Below, piece by piece: positions 1 through 10,180 of a stretch of 54,374 nt of DNA (position 1 is its first letter; the number at the start of each line of letters is the position of its first letter). The position numbers and the translations under genes are program-made. The notes under the pieces were generated by a model. It was not told where the DNA came from and ran no database searches. It saw only the letters and a list, made by a program, of their open reading frames with translations. Source of the DNA: a virus (taxonomy: Duplodnaviria > Caudoviricetes); the IMG/VR virus record IMGVR_UViG_3300008963_000004, positions 1-54,374 of that record. One strand, written 5' to 3'.

Positions 1-2
1 AT

Positions 3-1082
3 AATGTAAGTAAAAAAGAAATAGAAAATAGATTTATTGTAAACAAAAAAGAATGGGATACTGTAGCCAGTACTCCAAAACCCTACAACAAATTTAATAT
101 AAACAGTTATGAAGATTATTTGCAGGCGTTTGAACAAAGCGAAACCGAAATGTTTTGGCTTATAAATCCAGATATTAAAATTAGAAATGATTTTAATTGG
201 AATTTTTATATCAGCCATCATAATCGATACGAAAGACAAACCAATCATGTTTGGCTTAATGGAAAATACTATGATGGAATTTTTTTAACTACTAAACAAA
301 CAGAACTATCCAAAAGAGAAATTGATTTTAGATTTTTAGCAAACAAAAAAGAACACACTACTGTAGCTAGCGATCCTTTGCCCTATGACGTTGTGTTTAT
401 AAGTTATGCAGAACCAAATGCAGATAAAAATTATGAATTGTTAAAACAAAGATATCCTTATGCTAAACGTGTACACGGCGTCAAAGGAATTCATCAAGCA
501 CATATAGAAGCAGCAAAATTAGCAAATACAGATATGTTTTGGGTAGTCGACGGCGACGCAGAAATTTTAGACAGTTTTAATTTTGATTATCAGATAGCAT
601 ATTACGACATTGACGGCAAAGACACTGTGCATGTTTGGAGAAGTTTTAATCCAGTAAACAATTTGGTTTATGGATATGGTGGTGTAAAACTTTTACCAAC
701 AGAGTTGACGTTAAATATGAATACACAAACATCTGATATGACAACCAGTATCAGCGACAAGTTCAAAGCAGTTCCAGAAATGAGCAATAGTACAGTGTTT
801 AATACAGATGCATTTAGTTCATGGAAAAGTGGTTTTAGAGAATGTTGCAAATTAGCCAGTAGGTCGATTTCTAGACAAATTGATAACGAAACTGAATTTA
901 GATTAAATGCATGGTGCACCAGAGGAGCCGATAAAGATTACGGACGTGAAGCCATACTTGGTGCTAGACAAGGCAGAGAATACGGTGAGCTAAATAAAAA
1001 TAATCCAGAGGCATTAAATTTAATAAATGACTTTGAATGGCTGTATAATCTTTTTAAAGAATCATGTCAATTAAACGTATAA
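3..1082 (+). CDS. Glycosyltransferase-like repeat protein, 5'-partial
   Basis: Frame is open from position 3, so the 120 start is an artefact. Internal repeat SKKEIENRF..NKKEW..VAS.P / SKREIDFRF..NKKEH..VAS.P. C-terminal YDVVFISY..DMFWVVDGD (DxD) domain. Confidence 0.55.
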   Translation, partial: NVSKKEIENRFIVNKKEWDTVASTPKPYNKFNINSYEDYLQAFEQSETEMFWLINPDIKIRNDFNWNFYISHHNRYERQTNHVWLNGKYYDGIFLTTKQTELSKREIDFRFLANKKEHTTVASDPLPYDVVFISYAEPNADKNYELLKQRYPYAKRVHGVKGIHQAHIEAAKLANTDMFWVVDGDAEILDSFNFDYQIAYYDIDGKDTVHVWRSFNPVNNLVYGYGGVKLLPTELTLNMNTQTSDMTTSISDKFKAVPEMSNSTVFNTDAFSSWKSGFRECCKLASRSISRQIDNETEFRLNAWCTRGADKDYGREAILGARQGREYGELNKNNPEALNLINDFEWLYNLFKESCQLNV

Positions 1083-1488
1083 CAGTTTCCAATTTGGTCA
1101 TGTTTGCTTTGTTGCGCAATGTATTATTCAATCCATAATGCAATGGTTTAGGCCATTTATGTAAACTGGCCCATGCATAACCATTGTGTTCGTGGTTTAA
1201 TTCTGGTAAAAATTCATGTTCGACTACACAAAGATATGTGTGAAAATTAAAGGATCTGTCATCTGATATAAAAGTTTCTAAAGGAACTGCTTTTTTTATG
1301 TTAGGCAATGATCCTATTTCTTCCTTGATTTCTCGTTGTAATCCTTCCCATGGAGTTTCTTGATCTTCAGTGGTTCCGCCTACTAAACCCCATAGATTTT
1401 TTTGTTTACCTTGAGTTCTGTGTAAAAACAAAAATCTCTTGGTATCAAGTGCATAAAAAAGTGCGCCGCTACAAATAATTTTGTTCAT
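1054..1488 (-). CDS. NUDIX hydrolase
   Basis: Nudix box GG-x5-E-x7-REIKEEIG. Confidence 0.9.
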   Translation of the reverse strand: MNKIICSGALFYALDTKRFLFLHRTQGKQKNLWGLVGGTTEDQETPWEGLQREIKEEIGSLPNIKKAVPLETFISDDRSFNFHTYLCVVEHEFLPELNHEHNGYAWASLHKWPKPLHYGLNNTLRNKANMTKLETVIRLIDMIL

Positions 1489-1501
1489 ACAAATATATAT
1501 A

Positions 1502-3454
1502 CTATAAAATAATATCCCATGTTCCTCTTGGGTACCAACCGTCTACAGTAAGTTGCCAATATGATCCAGTCCACCAATATTGTTGGTTTTTAGCTAGGTT
1601 GGTTATTATTACTTCGTCGGTATCTTGGTATTCACTAGAATCAAACACAATGTGCCACTTAGACCCGTCCCATTCTACTATATCGTAAATATCAGCTACA
1701 AAATCAGTACCGTCTGTGTTTTTCCATGCATCCGGCCCATCTTCGTTTAAACTAAGAACATATCTAATTTTGTCTCCGGGTTGATACTCGTTATCTAAAA
1801 ATATAGTGTAAATACCATTGATATTTTGTGCTGAACTAGAAACCAATTGATCATTTACATAAACTTCGTGATATGTAACTTTTTCGATCATATTCCAATT
1901 ATTTGAATACTGATATACCCTGTTGTCAGTAGTTAGTAAAAATAAATCACCATTTTGAGGATTGTTTGGAAATTCACTTCCTGAATTAATTCCGCTAGAC
2001 GAAATTATTTGATTTTCAAAGTAATCAATTTCTGTATCAATTCTTGCACTGGATTGATCTGCTACAAACTTGTTTTCTGATTTAAATCCTAAAGGTCCGA
2101 CTAACAGTAATCTAAGTCCTGTAGATTTTTTTTGTTCAGGATTAAAACCTCTAGGGTTTATTATATAATCCACAGTACCATCATTTCTAGAAATACCGTT
2201 GATGTCAGTATCTGCAGGCAATGTGTCTTCGTCCCAGTTTATTAAGATTTCGGTTTCATTGTCAGGATTAAGTTCAAACGTTCCAAGAATAGGAGTAACT
2301 AAATCTCTAGATCCGGAACGCTTTAATCTTATTTGACTTATACCCGGTTGCAATACTGCCGAACCTTCAGCATTTAATACTCCTTTCCAATTTATTGTAC
2401 CTACAGTCGACGACAAGCTATCTGCAAGGAATGCACTTTCGTTTTCCACATACAATGCATAATTTCTGTAACTGATAGCAAGAGGATTCTCGAGATTAAT
2501 TTGATTGTTTTGATTTACTTTTACTATTTTGTTAATATAGATGCTGCGATTGTCTACAGTTGTGCCATCTTCTAAAATAACAGTTCCATCAGGCTTTTCG
2601 ATAGCACCATCAGGATATTGTATACTCCCGTCTGGTAATGTAACTGCTCCTGGCAATGGTCCGTTGTTGTCTATGTTTATATCGTCATTTCCTGTAAAAT
2701 CGTCGGGTAATGTAGTTTCGTTTGGATCAACAGCAACATCATCAGCTGTATCAGGATTAAAGCCTTCCAGTGCAATAGTTCCGGTATCGAGATCAAATAC
2801 ACTGGTTATAATATCTGTTATAACTCCTAACTTTTTAACTTTAGCAGGAGGGCTTATATAAATTGGTGCAGTAAAACCTAAAGTACTAACATCAATATCG
2901 CTTTCAGTCCCCATAGGAATACTTCTACTGGTCCATGTAATATTATCTAATTGTAGAACACTTAAACTGGTCCAGTCAATATAGTTGTCAGTGGTTTGAA
3001 ATTCCAAGTCTGGATTAAAAATCATTAATATTTGTTCTAATATTTGTAATTTTTGTTCAGTATTTGTGCTCCAAATATCAATATTGATACCGAGTGTGTA
3101 CGGTGTAGGGTGTAATCTTTCTACAGTGTAACTATTCCCTTGTGTATTTTCATATTCATTTGTATTATCGTTATATTGGCGTTCTCTTACATTAATTTTG
3201 CTTACAAAACTGCTATCGCTGAGTCTATTTCTATCCATTTCTAGATTGGTAATGTAAACTCCTATTCTAGGTGCACTGGGAATTTTGTTCTCTGAGTTTT
3301 CATTTATAATATTTGCAACTTGTCTAGTAATATCACCATACATAACAGGCACAGTTCTTAGCTGATTATCACCGTCTTTGTATTCAAAATTACTAAAAGC
3401 TCTCACAATTTGTGTAAGATATCTTCTTATTTGTCCATCGTAAAAAAATTTCAT
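1502..3454 (-). CDS. Tail completion/sheath-stabilising protein (T4 gp15-like N-terminus) with long C-terminal extension
   Basis: FFYDGQIRRY..F, VPVMYG, PTPY.L.I.IDIW..N.EQKLQILEQIL..FNP; lies in the neck/tail cluster. Confidence 0.7.
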   Translation of the reverse strand: MKFFYDGQIRRYLTQIVRAFSNFEYKDGDNQLRTVPVMYGDITRQVANIINENSENKIPSAPRIGVYITNLEMDRNRLSDSSFVSKINVRERQYNDNTNEYENTQGNSYTVERLHPTPYTLGINIDIWSTNTEQKLQILEQILMIFNPDLEFQTTDNYIDWTSLSVLQLDNITWTSRSIPMGTESDIDVSTLGFTAPIYISPPAKVKKLGVITDIITSVFDLDTGTIALEGFNPDTADDVAVDPNETTLPDDFTGNDDINIDNNGPLPGAVTLPDGSIQYPDGAIEKPDGTVILEDGTTVDNRSIYINKIVKVNQNNQINLENPLAISYRNYALYVENESAFLADSLSSTVGTINWKGVLNAEGSAVLQPGISQIRLKRSGSRDLVTPILGTFELNPDNETEILINWDEDTLPADTDINGISRNDGTVDYIINPRGFNPEQKKSTGLRLLLVGPLGFKSENKFVADQSSARIDTEIDYFENQIISSSGINSGSEFPNNPQNGDLFLLTTDNRVYQYSNNWNMIEKVTYHEVYVNDQLVSSSAQNINGIYTIFLDNEYQPGDKIRYVLSLNEDGPDAWKNTDGTDFVADIYDIVEWDGSKWHIVFDSSEYQDTDEVIITNLAKNQQYWWTGSYWQLTVDGWYPRGTWDIIL

Positions 3455-4608
3455 GAATTATCTGCCTTTGCACGCAATGCTTTACTGATAGGCTGTCTTT
3501 CTTCAACTTGTTCGCCACCGATGTTATTAACATTATCATTATTAATAAACGAACCTTTTTGTGTATTTTTAGTATCAGTATGTGTCATATTAGTTCTAAC
3601 TGCATCTTCAACTTTTTTCCATACTTCGCCGTCATACCTGAACAATCGATTAGGAATAAAATCAGTTCTTAAAAAATAATCACCAGGTGCATTTTCAGCA
3701 GGAAACCCAGTTCCTGATCCAAAAGGAGATCCATTTGGCGGAAATCCGTCACCTACAAGATAGCCTGGATATCCACTGCGCAATGGAGTCTGAAATACAG
3801 CATCACTAGTAATCACACCATCGGCTGTTAATTGATCAGTGTCAGCACTTACCAAAGCAATTTCATTGTTTTCATCTAAAACAATAGTATAAAAATGACT
3901 GGTATCATAACCGCTTAATGGTGCATCGTTTTCTGCTTGATTAATTACAGCAGAATTAATCTGTAATTCTGTTTCGTAAGTGGATAGTACATCTCTAAGA
4001 GTTTGATCGCTTCCTTCCTCGACAGGTAAGTCAAGAATATCTTTGTATTCCTGACTGTCATAAATTTGTTTTAATTTCAGTCGGTATAAATGAGGATACC
4101 AAGTTTGACTGTATCCGTCGGCTGCACGATTTACATCTTCAACTACATAAAATCTTTTCAATGCTACACTGAGATCATTTAAAGCATATTCGTCTTTTAA
4201 ATGCGGTAATTCTACAACATCTCCGCTGAGTATTTTTCTACCTATGGTTTTTACACTGCTGTTAATGTGTACAGTAAGAAACAATGTATCATTGCTTAAA
4301 AATAAACCAAATTGACTGAGGTCAAAATCTGCATCTTGAACATTATAATGACCTCTAATGGTATAAACATCTTCGTCATACTTTCTATCTCTATTTTCTA
4401 AAAATAGCAAATCCTGTATATTAGTTTCATTTACTGCATCATAAACTGGTTGATCAGCTGACGAGTTTTCTTCAGAAGTAGTTTTAGGGCCAAGATATTT
4501 GTGAAGGACAACATCTGTACCTCCAACGGTAAATTGTTCAAATATAACTTTATCCATAAAGTCGTAATCTTTGCTTTTTTCTGACCTATATAAACTGAGA
4601 CGTGGCAT
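3451..4608 (-). CDS. Neck/head-closure protein (T4 gp14-like)
   Basis: DLLFLENRDRKY, LSQFGLFL, GDVVELPH; adjacent to the gp13-like and gp15-like genes. Confidence 0.65.
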   Translation of the reverse strand: MPRLSLYRSEKSKDYDFMDKVIFEQFTVGGTDVVLHKYLGPKTTSEENSSADQPVYDAVNETNIQDLLFLENRDRKYDEDVYTIRGHYNVQDADFDLSQFGLFLSNDTLFLTVHINSSVKTIGRKILSGDVVELPHLKDEYALNDLSVALKRFYVVEDVNRAADGYSQTWYPHLYRLKLKQIYDSQEYKDILDLPVEEGSDQTLRDVLSTYETELQINSAVINQAENDAPLSGYDTSHFYTIVLDENNEIALVSADTDQLTADGVITSDAVFQTPLRSGYPGYLVGDGFPPNGSPFGSGTGFPAENAPGDYFLRTDFIPNRLFRYDGEVWKKVEDAVRTNMTHTDTKNTQKGSFINNDNVNNIGGEQVEERQPISKALRAKADNS

Positions 4609-4677
4609 AGTTATATTTATGCTACAATTAATTTACTGTATTTTATGATTTATACTATCTAATCTTGATACTTTTAC

Positions 4678-4685
4678 GATAAATA
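4678..4685 (+). promoter_or_regulatory. T4-like late promoter box GATAAATA (representative copy)
   Basis: The same or a near-identical box precedes starts at 6085, 9444, 10169, 12316, 12821, 15156 (GATAAGTA), 16748, 19471, 24286, 25776 and 36861, and on the minus strand near 4613, 42823 and 43484. Resembles the T4 gp55 TATAAATA box. Confidence 0.75.
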
Positions 4686-4701
4686 CTGCACGGAGTATAT
4701 T

Positions 4702-5463
4702 ATGGCAGATACCAACACTGAAAAAAAAGAAATTTTTGATTACGTTAATGCATTCTTAGGTGGAGGAATGATTGATGTTGAATTGGATCCTATTCATTAT
4801 GAAACTGCTTTAGACAAAGCATTAAGCAAGTACAGACAACGCAGTGAAAACAGTGTTGAAGAAAGTTATTTAACATTGCCTATTGAACAGGATAAAAATG
4901 AATATATATTGCCACAGGAAATAATCGAAGTTCGTAAAATTTACAGACGCAGCGTCGGTAGTCGATTGGGTGCTAGTGCTGATGGCGGCAGCTTATTTGA
5001 GCCGTTTAATTTAGCATATACTAATACTTATCTTTTAGCAGGTAGTGGCATTGGCGGACTTGCTACTTATGATATGTTTGCACAACAGCAAGAACTGGTT
5101 GGAAGAATGTTCGGTAGTTTTATGGAATTTACATGGAATACCAGTAATAAAAAATTAACTCTGTTGCAGCGACCAAGAGCAGAAGAAGAAATATTGTTAG
5201 AGTCATATAATTATAGACCAGACTTTGAACTTTATAGAGATTACAAAGTTTATCAATGGATAAAAGATTATACATTGGCAAATTGCAAATATATGCTAGG
5301 CGAAGCAAGAAGCAAATTCAGTACCATTGCAGGTCCTGGCGGCGGCACCACTTTGAATGGCGATACATTAAAGTCTGAAGCACAACAGGAAATGGAAAAA
5401 TTAGAAGACGAACTTGCAACAGCTCTTGCTGGCGGTGTGGGTTATAGTTTTCTTATAGGATAA
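4702..5463 (+). CDS. Neck protein (T4 gp13-like head-tail adaptor)
   Basis: LGGGMIDVELD, WIKDY.LA.CK..LGEARSKF..I.GPGGGTTLNG. Confidence 0.8.
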   Translation: MADTNTEKKEIFDYVNAFLGGGMIDVELDPIHYETALDKALSKYRQRSENSVEESYLTLPIEQDKNEYILPQEIIEVRKIYRRSVGSRLGASADGGSLFEPFNLAYTNTYLLAGSGIGGLATYDMFAQQQELVGRMFGSFMEFTWNTSNKKLTLLQRPRAEEEILLESYNYRPDFELYRDYKVYQWIKDYTLANCKYMLGEARSKFSTIAGPGGGTTLNGDTLKSEAQQEMEKLEDELATALAGGVGYSFLIG

Positions 5464-5486
5464 AATTATATTATATAATAAAAATA

Positions 5487-5515
5487 TTGACAAATGATCG
5501 ATCTTATAATAATAT
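5487..5515 (+). promoter_or_regulatory. Sigma70-type promoter, probably leaderless transcript
   Basis: TTGACA-17-TAATAT, with ATG 5 nt later and no SD. Confidence 0.6.
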
Positions 5516-5520
5516 AAATT

Positions 5521-6033
5521 ATGAAATTAAAGTTATTGATAATCGGCCATGGAAGACATGGTAAAGACACTGTATGTGAAATTTTAAGAGACAAATACAA
5601 TTATAGCTTTGAGTCAAGCAGTCGTTTTTGTTCTCGGAAATTTATTTTCAATGATCTAAAGGACAAATATGAATATGATAACGAAGAACAGTGTTATGCT
5701 GACAGGCATAATCACAGAGCAGAATGGTATGATGCTATCTGCAATTATAATGTTCCTGATGCAAGCCGTTTAGGTAGAGAAATATTTCAAGAACATGATA
5801 TCTATTGCGGACTGCGCAACAAAAAAGAATTTCATGCAATGCGTAATACAGGCGTTTTTGATTATGCCATTTGGGTTGATAGGTCAGACCATTTACCCAA
5901 AGAAGCAAAGACAAGTATGAGTCTTGAGCAATGGATGGCTGATTTTACCATTGATAATAATGGAACATTGCAAGAACTCGAATTTAATGTTTCTCAACTG
6001 CTTAAAAATATTGACTCATATTCAGTAAATTAA
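5521..6033 (+). CDS. Deoxynucleoside monophosphate kinase-like P-loop protein
   Basis: IIGHGRHGKDT P-loop; ADFTIDNNGTL C-terminal motif. Confidence 0.7.
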   Translation: MKLKLLIIGHGRHGKDTVCEILRDKYNYSFESSSRFCSRKFIFNDLKDKYEYDNEEQCYADRHNHRAEWYDAICNYNVPDASRLGREIFQEHDIYCGLRNKKEFHAMRNTGVFDYAIWVDRSDHLPKEAKTSMSLEQWMADFTIDNNGTLQELEFNVSQLLKNIDSYSVN

Positions 6034-6127
6034 AGTTAATACACGCATTTTTAACGGTCAAACCCCTATTTTCTCTAAATCTCTGCTAAATAACAATAAC
6101 AGAGATGACTCATAGGAGAAAATAACA

Positions 6128-9100
6128 ATGGCATTAGTATCACCAGGTGTTCAGGTAAATGTAATAGACGAAAGTTTTTACACGCCAGCTGAACCAGGAA
6201 CAACACCAATAATTTTTGTTGCGACAGCAGAAAACAAACTCAACGGAGCCGGCGACGGTATTGCGCCAGGCACACTCAAAGAAAACGCTGAACGAGTATT
6301 TTTATTGAGTTCTCAAAGAGATTTAGTCGAAACTTTTGGTGATCCAGTATTCAAAACAGATGCTAACAATAATCCAATTCACGGCGGCGAGCAAAATGAA
6401 TATGGTCTACAAGCTGCGTACAGTTTTCTCGGCGTAAGTAATCGTGCATATGTTGTGCGTGCAGATACAGATCTTAATGCACTGACTGCTAGTGCAACTG
6501 AACCAGTCGGCGATCCTGCAGATGGTACTTGGTGGTTAGACACACAGAATACTCAGTGGGGCATATTCCAATGGGACGGTGCTAGCATTGTCACTGAAAC
6601 TGGCCAAACATTTCAAAATCAAGATACTATAGTTATAACTGACCAGAGTCAAACTACAGGAAGTTCTCCATTTGCTCCAAAAGCTTCAGTAGGAGCAATC
6701 GGCGAGTATGCTGTAGTAGCTGTTACTAATACTATTAGAATTTGGTACAAAAATGCAGAAGGCAACTGGGTAGAAGTAGGTTCACCTGAATGGAAAAGCA
6801 GTTGGCCAAGTGTAGTAGGGTCAACTAATCCTAATGACAGTACAAGTATTACAGATGTTAATGACACATTTACACTTAACGGTAATACTATTACCACTAC
6901 CGGTACAACATTACAGGACTTGGTTGACGATATAAACGGTGAAGGAATTCAAGGCATCAGTGCTGCAATAGTTGATGCTGCATTGGTTATTTATAACGAT
7001 GGTTCAGGACAAGATACAATTGTATTATCAGATGGAACAGGAACTCCGTTAGAAGCAGCTGGTGTTGAACCAGGTACATATTATGCTCCAAAACTTCAAA
7101 TTAGCGAACACACCGATGTTCCAGAATACAAAACCAACGACGTTAATCCTAGACCAACCGGCAGCCTATGGATAAAAACCACTGAACCGAATCTTGGTGC
7201 TAAATGGTCAGTCAAAATTTTCAATGGAGATACTGGTTTATTTGAATCTCGCACTACTCCTTTGTATGAAACAAATCATCAAGCCTTGTTTGCATTGGAT
7301 CGTAGCGGCGGCGGCACCAATATTTTACCGGGCAATGTTTATGCAAGTTATAATGTTGCAGAGGATACTCTTGAACTAGCAACATTTAAAATTTTTGTTA
7401 GAAGCTCATCAGGTCCTACTACAATAACATCTTCAAAAATAGAAGGTATCACAGCAGGTACACGTAGTTTTAGCATAAGAGAAAGTTTAGTTGGGTCAAG
7501 AGATCTAACACAAGGTAAATCAATTGAAGTTGAAACGAATAACGATGCAACAGATGCAGAAGCTATTGCAGCAGCTATAAACAGTGCTAATCTTGTTAAT
7601 GTTTCTGCAAGTGTTGATAGCCAGAACAGAGTTGTTATATCTCACAAAACCGGAGGCGAAATACGTCTAGTTGATACCAATGGATTGCTTGCTTTAGCAG
7701 GGTTTGATCCTGCTACAACTGTGAATCTTTATTATACACCGGGTACAGACAATACTACTGATCCTGCAGAATTTACAGGTAGCCTGTGGCAGCCTTTAGA
7801 ATATGTGGCCAGTGATGATACTCCATCAAGTATCCCTGAAACTGGTACGCTTTGGTATAGCAGTATCATTGACGAAGCGGATATTATGGTTCATAATGGA
7901 AATACATGGGTCGGATTATTGCATGATACTTCGCCATATTACAATATTGATTCCTCACTTGCACCAGATCCTTCTGGACCTTTTGTGCAAGCAACTGAAC
8001 CTACTGGAGCAGATCGTACTGTTGGATCTGCACTTGTAACGGGCGATATTTGGATTGATACATCTGATATTGAAAATTATCCGACTATATATCGTTACAA
8101 CAGTGTACTAGGAAAGTTTGTACAGCTCGATTCAACAGATCAAACCACCGAAAATGGTGTTTTATTTGCAGATGCAAGATATAATACCACAGGAGCAAAT
8201 TCAAGTGAAGCAGGATTAATTGAAAATCTACTAACAAGTGATTATCTAGATCCAGATGCTCCTGATCCTGCTCTTTATCCAAAAGGCATGCTATTGTGGA
8301 ATTTACGTAGAAGCGGATTTAATGTAAAGCGTTTTGAACGCAACTATATTGATGTTAATGCAGAAAATGTTAGATTTAATAATAACGAAGACATGACTGG
8401 TTACTACCCACATCGTTGGGTTACTGAAAGTGCCAACGATGCCGACGGTAAAGGCAGCTTCGGACGTAAAGCACAGCGTAAAGTAGTTGTTCAAAGTCTA
8501 CAATCATTGGTAAACAGCAACAACGACATTCGAGATACTGAATCAAGACTTTTCAACCTTATATCTTGCCCTGGGTATCCTGAACTGATTGGCGAAATGA
8601 TCAGTCTAAACAACGATCGAGGTTTAACTGGATTTATTGTAGGAGATACACCATTTAGACTTACTCCAGATGCTACATCATTAAACGAATGGGGATCAAA
8701 TGCAAATAATGCAGTTGAAGATAGCATTGAAGGTTTAGTAAGTACAGACGAATACCTAGGTGTTTATTATCCATCGGGCTTTACCAGTGATAATGCAGGT
8801 AATAACATAGTTGTTCCTCCAAGTCATATGGCTCTAAGAACACTGGCATTGAATGACCAAGTAGCATTTCCATGGTTTGCACCTGCTGGCACAAGACGCG
8901 GTAGTGTAACAAATGCAACTGCTACTGGCTATATCGACAACGAAGGTGAATTTGTTAGTGTAGCACTAAATGAAGGACAGCGAGATACTCTTTATCAAAA
9001 AAATGTTAATCCGATCACTTTCTTAACAGGCGCTGGTTTGGTTATATTTGGTCAAAAAACTCGTGCAAGAAATGCTTCTGCACTTGACAGAGTAAATGTT

Positions 9101-9403
9101 GCTAGATTGGTAATATATCTGCGCAGTCAGTTAAATCAACTTGCAAAACCTTTCTTATTCCAGCCAAATGATAGAGTAACTAGAGACGAAATTAAACAGC
9201 AAACTGAAAGTCTACTGGTTGAATTGGTAGGATTAAGAGGATTGTTTGATTTCTTAGTAGTTTGCGACGAATCAAACAATACACCAGCAAGAATTGACAG
9301 AAATGAGTTGTATCTAGATATTGCAATTGAACCAGTTAAAGCAGTTGAATTTATTTACATTCCATTGAGAATTAAAAACACTGGAGAAATCTCAGGTCTA
9401 TAA
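6128..9403 (+). CDS. Contractile tail sheath protein (gp18-like) with large central insertion
   Basis: MALVSPGV, WFAPAG.RRG, NPI, FGQKT, SALDRVNVARL, CDESNNTPARID, PVKAVEFI. Confidence 0.95.
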   Translation: MALVSPGVQVNVIDESFYTPAEPGTTPIIFVATAENKLNGAGDGIAPGTLKENAERVFLLSSQRDLVETFGDPVFKTDANNNPIHGGEQNEYGLQAAYSFLGVSNRAYVVRADTDLNALTASATEPVGDPADGTWWLDTQNTQWGIFQWDGASIVTETGQTFQNQDTIVITDQSQTTGSSPFAPKASVGAIGEYAVVAVTNTIRIWYKNAEGNWVEVGSPEWKSSWPSVVGSTNPNDSTSITDVNDTFTLNGNTITTTGTTLQDLVDDINGEGIQGISAAIVDAALVIYNDGSGQDTIVLSDGTGTPLEAAGVEPGTYYAPKLQISEHTDVPEYKTNDVNPRPTGSLWIKTTEPNLGAKWSVKIFNGDTGLFESRTTPLYETNHQALFALDRSGGGTNILPGNVYASYNVAEDTLELATFKIFVRSSSGPTTITSSKIEGITAGTRSFSIRESLVGSRDLTQGKSIEVETNNDATDAEAIAAAINSANLVNVSASVDSQNRVVISHKTGGEIRLVDTNGLLALAGFDPATTVNLYYTPGTDNTTDPAEFTGSLWQPLEYVASDDTPSSIPETGTLWYSSIIDEADIMVHNGNTWVGLLHDTSPYYNIDSSLAPDPSGPFVQATEPTGADRTVGSALVTGDIWIDTSDIENYPTIYRYNSVLGKFVQLDSTDQTTENGVLFADARYNTTGANSSEAGLIENLLTSDYLDPDAPDPALYPKGMLLWNLRRSGFNVKRFERNYIDVNAENVRFNNNEDMTGYYPHRWVTESANDADGKGSFGRKAQRKVVVQSLQSLVNSNNDIRDTESRLFNLISCPGYPELIGEMISLNNDRGLTGFIVGDTPFRLTPDATSLNEWGSNANNAVEDSIEGLVSTDEYLGVYYPSGFTSDNAGNNIVVPPSHMALRTLALNDQVAFPWFAPAGTRRGSVTNATATGYIDNEGEFVSVALNEGQRDTLYQKNVNPITFLTGAGLVIFGQKTRARNASALDRVNVARLVIYLRSQLNQLAKPFLFQPNDRVTRDEIKQQTESLLVELVGLRGLFDFLVVCDESNNTPARIDRNELYLDIAIEPVKAVEFIYIPLRIKNTGEISGL

Positions 9404-9411
9404 TATCATAA

Positions 9412-9441
9412 AGTAGGGGGTTAATTTTTTATTCCCCTACT
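9412..9441 (+). terminator. Hairpin after the sheath gene
   Basis: AGTAGGGG..CCCCTACT inverted repeat. Confidence 0.5.
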
Positions 9442-9470
9442 ATGATAAATATTATTGAAGGAGAACATAG

Positions 9471-10100
9471 ATGGCAATCTCAACACTGACAAAAATTACT
9501 GTGCCGTTAGCAAATAATACCAGTGCTAATACTCAAGGCCTGTTGATGCCCAAGTTACAATATCGTTTTAGAATTACATTGGAAAATTTTGGAGTATCAA
9601 ACGAAACACAAGAACTTACGAAGCAAGTAACTGAAGCAACTAGACCTACTTTACAATTTGAAAACATTGAATTAAATGTTTACAATAGTAAAGCAAATAT
9701 TGCTGGCAAGCATACATGGAATGAAGTAAATGTTACTTTAAGAGATGATGTAAACGGTAATGTTAGCAAACTAGTCGGTGAACAATTACAAAAGCAATTT
9801 GACTTTTTTGAACAAAGCAGTGCTGCATCAGGCATTGATTATAAATTCACTGAGAGATTGGAAATTTTAGACGGTGGTAACGGAGTAAATGAACCAGCTG
9901 TGCTAGAAACATGGGAACTGTACGGTTGTTATTTGACCAATGTTGATTATGGTAGTTTATCATACGCTACTAGCGATCCTGCAACTGTTGCATTAACAAT
10001 CAAGTATGATAATGCAATTCAAACGCCACAAGGCGACGGTGTTGGCGCAGCAGTTCCAAGAAATCAAAGCAGTCTAGTAACAGGCGGCGGATCATCATAA
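9471..10100 (+). CDS. Tail tube protein (gp19-like)
   Basis: Follows the sheath gene; AGKHTWN.V.VTLRDD, ETWELYGC, YG.L.Y. Confidence 0.85.
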   Translation: MAISTLTKITVPLANNTSANTQGLLMPKLQYRFRITLENFGVSNETQELTKQVTEATRPTLQFENIELNVYNSKANIAGKHTWNEVNVTLRDDVNGNVSKLVGEQLQKQFDFFEQSSAASGIDYKFTERLEILDGGNGVNEPAVLETWELYGCYLTNVDYGSLSYATSDPATVALTIKYDNAIQTPQGDGVGAAVPRNQSSLVTGGGSS

Positions 10101-10122
10101 TAGATATTTGATACTTTTTATT

Positions 10123-10149
10123 ACAAGGGGCCAATGTGCCCCTTGTTTT
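10123..10149 (+). terminator. Intrinsic terminator
   Basis: ACAAGGGGC-caatgt-GCCCCTTGT followed by TTT. Confidence 0.7.
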
Positions 10150-10180
10150 ATATGTAGATTTTACTCTCGATAAATACAGT

